Assembly: GCA_905178155.1 (NCBI GenBank)
Contig: CAJINV010000001.1
Span: 12,832,635-12,896,634, forward strand
Direction: 5' to 3'
Source: Amoebophrya sp. A120
Taxonomy: Eukaryota > Protista > Dinoflagellata
Length of the DNA: 64,000 nucleotides
A model generated the notes under the pieces. That model had not been told where the DNA came from, ran no database searches, and was given only the letters and a program-made list of their open reading frames with translations. Positions 38,224-49,663 of this stretch are shown here, one piece after another; within the stretch, counting starts at the first letter, position 1, and every line of letters begins with the position of its first letter. A program made the position numbers and the translations under genes.

Positions 38224-39154
38224 TTATACGCAGTATGGATCTAGGTGCGTAAATGCCCGGTCCAGCTCCTGCTCGACGACGCCTGCCATGCCCATCGGAA
38301 CCCGGGTTTTGTTATGGCGTTCTCAACTGTTACATTCTCAACTGTTACATGAGTTTGCAATGCAAGACTGGCAAAAGTGAAAGCAGGAAGATTGCGCCTT
38401 TTGCATTACAAGTTTGGCGCAGATTTGGATGCTGTTTAGCCCTTCCGAAATTTGTCATGCGAAGCAGCTCGATCATCTGCCGCCCGGCTTAAGGTACTTT
38501 TGCATGACAAATTCATGTAACAGTTGAGCATGTAACGTTTGAGAACGCCATATTTGTTCCGGAAAACGGTGGTGGGTATGTTGATGCTCCCGCCCTTCCT
38601 GGTCGAAATGAAGGGCATGTCCCCGGTGCCGAAGGGAAAAGCCTTTTTGCGCCCCAGCGGATTTGCGACCAACGTCTTTACGGAACTCGTGTAGCGGCCG
38701 CCCAGTTTCAGGGTTCTGCTACCGCTTAGGTTGCTAAACGGTGACGATCTCCCGCTTCGTGCTTGCTCTGATCCGAGCGCATAATCTGAGAGCGTTTGGG
38801 ATCGATAGCTAAGTTTGGGACAAGCAGGAAATTCATAAAAAAATTACGTGGGGTGACCAGCATGTCGTCTCACACTACAGCAGCGACAACAGCTATTTTT
38901 ACAAACAAAATGCAAATGCGCAAATGTACTACAGACAGCACAACGACATCATCCTGGATACCTGTTGTCCCCAACGGCAGCGTCGGCGCGGATGCATTTT
39001 TGGAAAGCCCTCGTGCAGCAGTGTGATCGCTGCTTGTAGCACCGCCCGTGGTTTGCACCGCTGTCACATTGCCACCGCATATCGACAGGCTGGCCGTCTT
39101 GCTCGCAAAGCTGAGTGTGCGCCCCAGGGGCTGCAGATCCTCATCGGCACCCAT
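38224..39154 (-). CDS. Hypothetical protein (one GT-AG intron plus one introner)
   Basis: Exons join as ..LGTT|DYALG.. and ..VFRNK|TRVPMGMAGVVEQELDRAFTHLDPYCV*. Confidence 0.6.
38313..38552. mobile_element. Introner element, family D (240 bp)
   Basis: ~40-bp TIR TATGGCGTTCTCAA..GTTACAT.CTCAACTGTTACATGA. DR TTTGT at 38308-38312 and 38553-38557. Confidence 0.92.
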
Positions 39155-40232
39155 AGGGTTTGTGTTCTTGGGGAAAAACAAAAAACTTGTTTCTGACGCG
39201 GATCGAAGTCCGCCTGCTACGTAGAAATAATTTTTCAACAATCCGAGGTTGAATGAGGTAAGAGTTGGAGTTCTAGCAAGTGAATTGCTACGAGCGTACT
39301 AGAAGATTGTCTTTGTCCCGACGACCATCCATGCGGCGAAAGTCCAATGCTTTATGATCGCGACGAATAAACGTAAAATGAGTGCTATCTGCAGATCATA
39401 ATTTGACCACTCACCAGACAGATCTGAAAAGCGACGGAGAAACAAATGGTAGAAGACGAGGATCCCAACAGATGAAGACGAGTCGCGCCACGGTTTTGCT
39501 TGAGTTTGCTCCCATTTGAAAAACGAACCCAGAACAGATAATCTCCCGACGACCACCACGCAGGGCAACAGATATCGAGGAAAATGCAACCGATGCTGCT
39601 GATGGTGATGGTGTGACATAGCATGTACGATATGAAGATAAATTGAAGTGGAACTACGAAGCGGGAGAAGCAGGATTCACGACTATTTTCACGACGAATA
39701 CATCCTACTTTTTTGATTGCGCAATAATCTTCGACGGATTGATTCTTTTGTGGCAAGTACACGATAAGTCACTCCGAATCACCAGAGATACACCGCAATT
39801 GCTTCAGCCAGGCACTGCCTTGCTTGAACAACAGGATCACAATGGATGTGAGTGTGAACATATTCGCCCGCCGCCGCCGATAAGGGGAGTGGCACCATCT
39901 TGTGCTTCTGTGAGAAGATCTGTTCTCACTTGTTTTGTTCGGTGTCTCGGTGATCAACATCACCTATTTCATCATACAAGATTGTAGCACAGCTGGAGTC
40001 ACTTCAAATTGATTTTTTTCGCGAGAATTCGCTTCTGTGAAGCACATGAAGAAACTTCTGTATACTGATGAACATGAAACCACCAAATAATGCACTAACA
40101 AGTACCTAAAAATAGCGAAAGACTGAAGACAGGCATCTTCGCACGTCGTTCGATTACTTTCTCTCCCGAAAGAAACATGAACGGGAGAAAACAAACAAGT
40201 ACAAATGCAAACCGCAGCGCTAGCAATTCTGT

Positions 40233-43200
40233 TCACCACATGCCCTGTTCATCTTTGCCGCAGAAGACTTGGTTCATGCGTCGCACTACGAGATCCCGCA
40301 CAACCTTGTTGTCTTCGTTTGCGCGCCCCGGAAAAAAGCCGGACGAGGTGCCGTTCACCTCCAGGATGTATTCCTGGTCATCTTCGCCCACGACGAGGTC
40401 AATCGTGCAGATATCCAGTCCTCCGAACAGCTCCGTTGCCACCAATTTTCCCCAGGCCAGGTAGCGGAGCGGGATTTCCGACTGCGGCGCCGCATAGTCA
40501 TCTACTTCCGCCCGAGCAGCGCCACCACCTGCGGCGAGGACCTCTTCGCTGGCCCCCACGACCCCGAGCTCCACCACTTTGCTGAGCCCCACGTTGGCTT
40601 TCCAGTGCCCGGACGCAGAAACTTTGCGGAAGCAACGGATGTGGCGGCCCTGATCGAGGACCTGAATTCGCACATCGAAGGCCGTGTCGGCAACATACGG
40701 TTCCACCGTGCAGTAGTGTCCGCCGCACATCTTCTATCAAAGAGCACAACTACTTTCCACCCTCTTCTCGTCTTCTTTTATTTGTCATGCATACAACAGT
40801 CGCACAGACACCCACACCAGGACCAGACACTGAGACTGACAGTGAGGACTGCGCCACGAAGATCCTCGAAGTCCTTTGTTGACGCGTTGCCACAAGCAGC
40901 TGCGCACGCAGGAAACCAAAATCTAGGATCATGCAAGAATGCGATTACTTTACCTTTTCCTCCAGATCATTCAGCTATCGCTTTGCAGCACTACATCGAA
41001 TCAAGCTGCTGCGAAGAACCCCAAACAATTATACTAGATTTTTTTATGCCTAGACTCGTGATGCACAGCAGGCTGCATCTCTTTCTCTGCCCTGGTCTCT
41101 GCTGCAGCTTTATTTGATGCGTCCTCTCAAATGCGGGGCAGAAGGTGGAGTTTATGTCCAGTCTCGTATCTTTAGCACAGACCGGAAATCCTCCAGGGAG
41201 TGGTGGTCCTCGAGCAGCATCTTCCCGTCACCGGCATGGACGCCTCCTATCTTTGCCACAGCGGGGAACGCGTTGCCGTAGAAGAAGCCGCGGGCGTGGT
41301 GCGTGCTGAAAAAGGACTGCTGCACCAGCGGAAACCCGCACTTATACAGTTCCCGCAGCTCCTCGTCGCTGATCAGGTGTTCGACCTCAAGCACTTGCTG
41401 GTTAAAAGACAAAGGGAAAGAAGTTTGCTCTCCCTGTTGTTCTCCTTGTGACTGGAAAAAGCCACCTCCCGCTGTAGTAGGGAAGGCAACAGCATTTGGA
41501 TTTGTGGTTCCGGTACTAGCTGCGGACGTCGACGTCTGCGTGGTTTGCTCTTGCTTCAGAAACTGCACGTTCTCCCGAGGACCCCCGAGCGCGGTGAGGG
41601 GGTTAGTGGTGGTCGTAGAGGTCGACACCGTTGTGGTGGAGGAGACCCGGACATGCGGCTGGAACGCGCAGTGCCGGAACTGCAGGCTTTCAAACTGCTT
41701 ATCAAATGTAAAAGTGTCTGGGTCTGGAAGAGTGAGCGACTTGTCATGCAGCTTTTCCAGATACCATGGCTGATGGCACTTAGGATGAAGGGGGCAGTCC
41801 TCAACCAATACACATTGGAAGAGGGGACCCCAACCCCCTGGGGGTGAAGAATCGAGGGTGGCATTGACCTACAGAAAAATGATCAACGATCAAAAATCCG
41901 CAGGCGAGAACGGGAAGGATCTTTTCAGACACCGACCCAAATCCTCTGCCAACCACTTCCCTCGATTTCACAAACTTCACTGCCGCGACGCAAGCGAAGC
42001 TGACAGGAAGACCCCGGCCACCCTTCCTCACGACCGAATTCCGAGAGGGATAAATAGTCCCCTCAGATTAGTCCCCTCAGATTCATGCAGCTTTTCCATG
42101 ACCCATGAGGTCTGGAATGCAGGACCTAGCATGACAGATTCTGCGCGACCTCTCTCATGCCTATCCTGCATGAGAACAAACCCCCTCCCGACTTGGTCAA
42201 AACTGGGCGACTTTTGGTAATTATGCAACAGCAACACAGATTCTTGCTTGTTTCAGATTTAGCATGACAAGCTGCATTCTTCCAGACCCAGACATTTTTA
42301 CATTTGATACTGCTTCCGCATCAACGATTTGCGGATCTTTTCCTGCGGCGGAATGCGAATAATCGTGTCGCCAGACTGTGTTTTGATCACCACGGCGGGC
42401 TTCTGATCCGAAGTGGCAGTGGCAGTCATGGTTGCAGCAAAAGAGCTACTATTTTTACTGCTGCGGAAGAGTTGTCCCGGGGCGGATCCGGGAGAAGAGT
42501 ATGCGGTGCCCACAACTGGCTCAGGCGACAGGCTTCTGTTATTGTTCGACGAGAGCTGGAGGAAGTTCTGCTCCAACGTCGAGCCGGGCGAATTTGGTCG
42601 GCTGCTCCGGCGTGACAATCCCGGGCTATTTGAATGAGCTGCGGCACTCGTTTTTGAGGCATTGTAAAAGTTTTTTGACCCTCCAGGACCAACAAAGCCA
42701 GTTGACGAAGTACTTTGCTGGAGTTCACCTCCCGCCTCTGCCACCATAGCCTGCCACCTGGTTACCTTCCGTTGGAGCTGCACAAGTTCGCCAAACACCA
42801 CGGGCCTCTCCAGGAAGGAGTAAACGGAGCGGAGACTGTTCACAGTTTCGAGGCCGCCGTAGTGGAAAAGCCCGAACAGCTTGTTCCGGTGATCTTCGTG
42901 CGACGTGCGAACTTCGTTGCGAATCAACACAAAGTCGGGCGGAGGAGAAATCATTTTCCCCGTTTTCGTGTGATGCAGTAGCAACCCCTTGTTTGGTGCA
43001 ATGGCACGTGTCGTGTTTGTCGTTGTCCCTTGCATCGCTCCAGTGGGCGGGAACGACGTGGCTCTGCTGGCTGCGAATGACGCATTCTCGTGGTCGTAGG
43101 GCTCGCTAGTCACATCCAGATCGTCCCAACCGCACTGGGTGACGTGAACCCCACGACCATCCGCTAGCTTTGTACCGCGGAAAATCTCGGCCCAGTGATA

Positions 43201-43422
43201 TCGGTCCGCCTGGATGACGAGGAGGTGGACGTTGTGATTCGAAAAATCCTTGTCACCCTGGCCAAGCTCATACAGCTCCTCCTCTTCTTGCAACGAAGCT
43301 TCTTCTTCTACTTCCTGTACTCGCTCGCCTGAGAGCAGTTCTTGTTCACGGTGCTGCGGCAGCTTCTGCTGCGCCGCAACATCCTCGTCGGTCGAACGAC
43401 CACCAGCACTTTCGTCTACCAT
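40233..43422 (-). CDS. Synapsin-like ATP-grasp protein, interrupted by two introners
   Basis: PDFVLIRN, VNSLRSVYSFLERPVVFGEL, FPAVAKIGGVHAGDGKM, SGHWKANVG, LFGGLDICTID and EYILEVNG match synapsin domain C. Confidence 0.85.
40735..41168. mobile_element. Diverged introner, family C-like (434 bp)
   Basis: Left arm TATCAAAGAGCACAACT, right arm (reverse complement) TACGAGACTGGACAT. DR TCTTC/TCTTT. Removal gives DFRSVLK|MCGGHYCTVEPY. Confidence 0.75.
41700..42309. mobile_element. Introner element, family B (610 bp, with nested insertion)
   Basis: ~32-bp TIR TATCAAATGTAAAA.TGTCTGGGTCTGGAAGA. DR CTGCT at 41695-41699 and 42310-42314. Removal joins MRKQ|FESL. Confidence 0.93.
41760..42082 (+). mobile_element. 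Nested 323-bp insertion, probable 5'-truncated non-LTR retroelement
   Basis: Flanked by the 16-bp direct repeat TCATGCAGCTTTTCCA (41744-41759, 42083-42098). Ends in the tandem (TAGTCCCCTCAGAT)x2. Confidence 0.65.
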
Positions 43423-44850
43423 GTGAAGGCCTCTACTTTATTGGTCAAGCAGCGTCGCGGCACAAGACGGGTTTGGTTTCTTTGGCCACAGTAAGTGGTA
43501 CACGACTCGGTCTACCTCCACGAGTATGCCACAAGCGACATTCTTGCAATCATTTGTATCTACAGAGTGACACTACGTACTACACTCATGCAGCTTTCTA
43601 GTTCTACGACCACAATTTATATGATCCGGTTCAACGGAGGATAATATGTAAGCTGTAGTTGATCAACATCAAGAAAGCGAAGCTGGGGCGGAATAGTGGG
43701 TGGACTTCGGGGTCGAAAAATGCACCGATTGGAGATTCAGATTCTTCAGCTTGCGAGTTCCTGTAGTAAGTTTGTGACGAAACAATGAAGAAAATGAAAA
43801 TGGTATTGCACTATGTATTTTCATTTTGCAGAGAAGATAGGCTGGTGCACGCGATGAGGGCTACAACTACTCCTGCAGAACTAAACACACGCCAACCACA
43901 GGTAAAAGCTGTGAGTGTGACCAGTGGTAATTGCACGAGGTTTGATATGGATTTTGTTTCATCCTGAGAAACCAACAGAACGAGAAGCAAGTACGAGGCA
44001 GGCTGCGAACGACCAAACTGAAAATTTTTAGCTTAAGGACATGCACCAAGGAACGACAACGGACGAAAGGCGAACGTGAACGATTGTTGTGTGCTGCGAC
44101 ACGACAGAGTTGGAAAGACGGTCGTGGGCGCTCTTGCGTTGTTTTTTTAGTTCTTTGGCAACGAACAAAGACGAGGGACATCACAATGAAGAAAACGAGC
44201 AAAAGGCTGCTGCCTGACCTACTTAGCACCATGATGGTGCCATGGCTTGTTGTAATTGTTTTCAAAAAATTATCCAGCAATGTTGCAAAACAAAATCTTC
44301 AATTGGATGACTCATTCAGTACATAGGCGTGTGTGCAGCTCGTCGCTCCGACGAAGGAATTCAGTTGATCCTGTAGTTGTGGCGTTCGCATTACACGGTC
44401 TGTTCTTAGGAACCGGGCAACATACTGATTGTGGCTTCGGGAAAACTAACTGCACTAAGCTTGAGAAGCGGCGCTCTTTGGAACCACTCGGAGCTGGAAA
44501 ACTGGTATACTATAAGTACGTTTTCGTGCCAAAATGTCAACGCAAGCGAAGCCTTCACGAAAACAAAGACTGCGAGTTTCTCTACGACTTACTCGTACTA
44601 AGGTGAAAATATATACGAAAGTCTAGATATAGATTCACAAAGAAATAATAGGGATGCAAGACACTAGAAAAAATGCATTCGTGGTCGAGCTCACAGAGTC
44701 GCTCTATCTTCACTCACCAGCGTGCGCTTTTGCTGACGATTTTCGGGTCCCCCTGCGTATCAATCTATAACTCGATTTTGTGCGTCACCTTCATGTCTAC
44801 AGAAACGCAATCGAAACGCACACGGAAAATCTGTACGCCTTTCTTTCTCG

Positions 44851-47800
44851 TTATTCCCCAACCGTCTTCGATGGCGTCTTTTCTTCCTGGTTGGCAACGG
44901 GAAAAATACCATCCTGCCCTTCTGCAGCTGTTTCGCCATAATTTGCGATTATTTCCCCTTCCTCAGCATCTTCGTGCTCCTCCTCTTCCTGTCCCGCTGC
45001 AGTTCCGTCCTCCGCCGGTAACGGAAGAGTTGCTGAAGCGATGCGGCCCTCCCCGTTTTCGTCCGTGACCAGCCAGCTAATGCTTTGTTGTGGAGCCGGA
45101 GGCACGATTTCAATCTCGTCCTCCTCCTCGTCTTGTTCTTCTTCGCCTGGTGTTGCTGTCGTCTGTTCCCCCTTCGACGCTTGTTGCAGGTCGCCATCTG
45201 ATAATTCTCCGCCCATCTTTGCCGGTTGTAGATTCGCCTCCTGCCTCGTGTTTCGCCCTTCTATTTTGTCTCGAAACGCGGAAACCGAGGGTCCGCTGTG
45301 TTTGCCGTCGTTGTCCGCTCTAGTATGTTGTCCCTGCTCGCCAGCGTCACTATCCTTGCTCACGATGCTGGAAGCAGTGGAGAGGTTTCGCGAAGGTGGC
45401 GGGATTATTTGGGCCTCCGACGAACTGGTGGTCGGGATAACACCACCGTACATCGAGGAACACGCACTCGTTGAGGCAGTACTGACGGAGGGAACCTGCA
45501 GTTGTTGAGCCATGTGATCCATTCTACATGAAAGAATAAGAATGTATAAAAACGAAAACCGCACCGGCCGCTGCGCCTTGTTTCTTTTAAGAAAGTTCGT
45601 CGTGAAGAACGAAACACAAACCTCTAAAAAAAGCCACCCATGCTGATGAGCAAACTACAAATTTGCGTACCCCGTTTTTCCTGCGTTCCATGCGCTTTTT
45701 TCGGTCGTTGTTCCGGGTGAGTGCGCGGTCCAAGACGTCCCGCCAACTTGGGTTGTACAGGGCGATGCCGACGCTGATGAGGGACTGGTTCTTGAGCATA
45801 GCGCTGCCCAGAATTTCCTCGAATTTCGCGCCCATGCCCCGGTTGTTCATGCACTCGCCCTGCTGCCCGGAGATGCGCAGAACCTCTAGACTTCGATTCA
45901 CGGAGAGCGAGTCCGCGATGGTGCACAGCGCGCTGACGTCCACGTAGTTGCCCTCAATGTTCAGCTCTCTCAGACTGCCGTTGTCCCGCAGCGACTTGCC
46001 GAGCACCTCCGCTTCCCCCGACTGCAGCGTGCTGTTTTGCAGGTACAGCCGCTCCAGAAAACGGTTTTTCCCAACCGCGGCGCACAGCTTCGGGGCAACG
46101 CGAAACTCGTTCTCGGGGGGCGGCATTTGCGTGCCCGCGAAAGAAAGTTCGAGCAGCGTCGGATCGTTCAAGAATACCCGGTGCACCATCCAGATCATCC
46201 AATTGGTGAACTGCCACTTCGCATCCACCTGCGCAAGCGTTTACTGTTTTCAGTAGAGACGGCTTCATGTCAAATCTTGTTCATCAACATGGCTTGAGAT
46301 AGCGATTGCTTTTGCATTCGAGCGGGGTGCAAGAAGTGACCACTTAATGTTAATCCGAACTCCACCTCCTCCACCCCCATTACTTCAATCAAATCGAAAT
46401 CTTCTCGTACCTTGATATTGAGACACTCCTCGATGGTGGTAATCTGGTCGATTTTCTTGAAGTCGTCCAGTACGCGCTTCTGGTCCTGCGGCTGGTTCTT
46501 TATCTTCTCCAGCTTCCGCACCCACCGCGCGAATTTCTCCTCCTCCGTCAGCTCATCCTCGTCGGTGCTCGACTCCTCCGACTCTTCCTGGTCCGGGCGC
46601 CACTGCCGGTTATGCAATGCAAAAGCATCGTACTAGTATGAATTGCATGACAAATTTTTCCTAGAAGAAAAATGAAATTTGTCATGCAGATTGAGGTAAG
46701 AAAACAGATCTGTAATGCTAGACTCGCATTTATGCGAGTACGACTACGATACTTTTGCAATGCATACCGGTAGTGTCCCATGGATTCCAGCACCGCCTTC
46801 ACGCTGGCGGCGGCCTTGCGCAAGTCCTGCCATCTAGGTTCTTCGATCAACGAGGTGACCGGGTTGATATTATTTTGTTTGGCGGAGGAGGTAATTATCT
46901 TTTCAGTTGTATTTTTGCAGTGATAGGATGAAGAAGAAGAACAAGAACCTCTACTGCTAGAAGTACTGCTACTGCTGCCCCCGGCCGACGAACGTCCGGC
47001 TTCCAGTAGGGCCGCTTGTTCCGTACCAGTTTCTGTCTGGACTGAGCTCCTTCCTGGGGACGCTGTCATGGACGCCGAGCTAGAAGTACCAGAGGAAGAA
47101 GATGATAGTGACGTCGTCGCATCGACATTTGTCGATATCGCCGTACTAGACGCCGTGCTCATCGCACAACTACTGCCCTCGTCCTCCTCCTCTTGCTCTG
47201 GGTTCCAGTTCTCCGTGAGATCCATCTGGTAGAAGACCTTCCCGATGCGGATGCAGTTGCCGCCAAAGACGCAGTCCAGCTCGCGTTTGTCGCCCTTCAC
47301 CGTATCGTACATGAGATCGCGCTATCAATTGTAAAAATGTCTGGGTCTGGAAGAATCCAACTTGTCATCGCTGATGTTGGATTATAAAAAAATCTGTATT
47401 GCATGAGCAGCAAAGAGAGTCCAAGTTTTGCTACACGGAAAGAGCATTTGTCATGCGGTATAGGCATCAGGAAGCCGTCACAAAACCTGTGATGCTAGGG
47501 CATGCATCACAGACGTCAGGAGTCATGCAAAATGTGCATGACAAACCTGGCAATCTTCCAGGCCCAGACATTTTTACACTTGATACGCGCATCTTTTCGA
47601 TACAGATCAGCGTGTCGTTCTCCAGCTTGCGACGCTTGATCATGCCCAGGTGCTTGTCCGCAAGCTTGGTGCAGCCGGTCGTAAATTGGGACTGGAATTG
47701 TGGTTGAAGTTTTGCAGTAGCAAGAAGTACGAACGTATAATGGCATGCTAGTTTCAAAACTTTCATATTTTGTGTACTTAAAGAGATAACTGAAGTTAAC

Positions 47801-48300
47801 GTTACGCTGTGGCAAGGTGCATTTCTGAAGTCGAGTGCGTACTACAATAGGATACCAGCAGTCCGTCCATCGTGTTGCTGACCCGCTCCACACGCTCCTC
47901 ATCGATCACGCCCCCGCATCCAGTGCAAATGCGATATATGTCAGAGTCAGCACCAAAAGACATCTAGATTTTTTACCTAAATTCATCTTGCTCGCTTACG
48001 CTTTGCAGCGAACTTGCACGAATCAGAAAACCTCGTGCGCGCGGCTCCAGAGGGAGCAAGATAGATGAAGAAGGATGAAAGATATGCACGACGTGTCGTT
48101 CGTAATTTTTTACAAGTAACTTCTTACAGTGACGTAGACATTTATTGCTCTTGCAGTGGATACACGGTACTCGACGACGATTTTGGGTTTCTTTTGTTCC
48201 ACTTTTTCTTTGCTTTTTTTCTTCTTTTTTACCTTTGCGGGCTCGCCTGTGCCGGTGCCGGGAGCGGCGCCCACGTTTGGTAGAATGGTGCTGGTCGCTA
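44851..48300 (-). CDS. Multi-exon protein with a tropomodulin-like (RNI-type) LRR domain; two introners
   Basis: LNDPTLLELSF, LRDNGSLRELNIEGNYV and RALTRNND resemble the tropomodulin LRR. 5' end uncertain. Confidence 0.65.
46611..46766. mobile_element. Introner element, family A (156 bp)
   Basis: TIR TATGCA.TGCAAAAG.ATCGTA. DR CCGGT at 46606-46610 and 46767-46771. Removal joins HYR|QWRP and corrects the frame offset. Confidence 0.92.
47323..47585. mobile_element. Introner element, family B (263 bp)
   Basis: TIR TATCAA.TGTAAAAATGTCTGGG.CTGGAAGA. DR CGCGC at 47318-47322 and 47586-47590. Removal joins KMR|DLMYD. Confidence 0.93.
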
Positions 48301-49663
48301 TGCAGAGAAAAAACACTAAAAAGCATGACGAGGCAATGAAACGTGTGGTGCCAGTCATTACACTTGTAACAGCACATGACGTGCTGTTTTCTTGTCGTCG
48401 GAACATAAAACATGGGATAACTTGATACTTGCATGCTTATCCAGTTTTCCTTTCCGGAGGAACGAAATCATCATAAGTATGTACCCATCCAGTACCAGTT
48501 CCAGTACGGGTATGTGAAGTATGTGACGCGTAGAAAAGTTTGGGTTTTGTGATCCAGTTTTTTCCCCTTCGATACTCGCGACCGTCATCCTTTCTCGCGG
48601 ACAAGCCTGCGGTTTATTCAACAGTCGGTGTGGGTTGCACTGCCCGCCGCGTTCTGTCGAGCTTTTTGCCGTTTAGCAACCACGAAACCCTGCGCCTGGA
48701 ACGCCCGTTCTTGCTAGCACTGCTGCTTGTTACTTGGAGAGAAGGTGGAAGTGGAACGTCGCTTCTTGTCTACGGGGTCGTATACACGGCATTCATATTT
48801 GGATTTCTTCAATGTTTTTGTTTGTATGTCTGCTTGCCGTGAACATAAATCATTGCAAGTAGTAGAGACACAGAAAAGAGTGGCGGGCGCCCTTTTGCTG
48901 GTGCGGTTGGCTTTTGCTCTTTCTCATCTCAGTCTCTCATGTTCATTCCGCCCGGACTCAGCGTAGACGCAGCGAGCTGTAAAAAATTGTAATTACGCGC
49001 ACCAGCACGTGACGGCCTCAGAAAAGAATAAAACGTATCCAGTTCTTCTTGTTGAGAGCAACGTGCTTCAGGAAGTGTCATTTTGGTGTGGTCGCGATAC
49101 AAGCACAAGCAGAACATCTCAAAGAATGTTGACAGTCATGCGCTCGTCTCAAGTTGGAAGAGCCTTTATCGAGTTCTACTTGCGTCGTAGACGCTTCTTT
49201 TTCTTTATTTTCGTACTATTAGATGCTTTCTCCCTTTCTTGCGACGCCATCCCGGCTGTTCTTGCCGTTCCCGATTTCATTTATTCGGGTGCCCCCCTCC
49301 CCACAATCTCACCTTCCTCGAGCGTACACAAATTTGATCAGCTTAGCATCTGCCAGGAATCACTATGTCGATGGATGCGTTGAAAGTGAAAGGTCAAGGT
49401 ACTTCTCTCGTTCTTTGCTTTCCACTTTCATGCGTCCTCCGCCGACACAATTATTCCGCGTATTCAATCAGAAAATTTCATCAGTTAGCGTGCAACTGTG
49501 TTCGACTTGCTAAAGTTTCAGTTTCAGGTTTTGAGTTTGTTTCAATGGTAATCAGTTGTTCCTTGCATCAATTACAAATGGTGTTGGTGCTTGTTATTAC
49601 ATGGTGATGGTAATTTTACATGTTGTGCTTGTGGAGTATTGTGAAGAATTAGAATTCCTCTAA

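Noticed and set aside
41858-42220. 120-aa plus-strand ORF inside the 610-bp element as a transposase
   Set aside because: No DDE or RT motifs, and it crosses the boundary of the nested insert.
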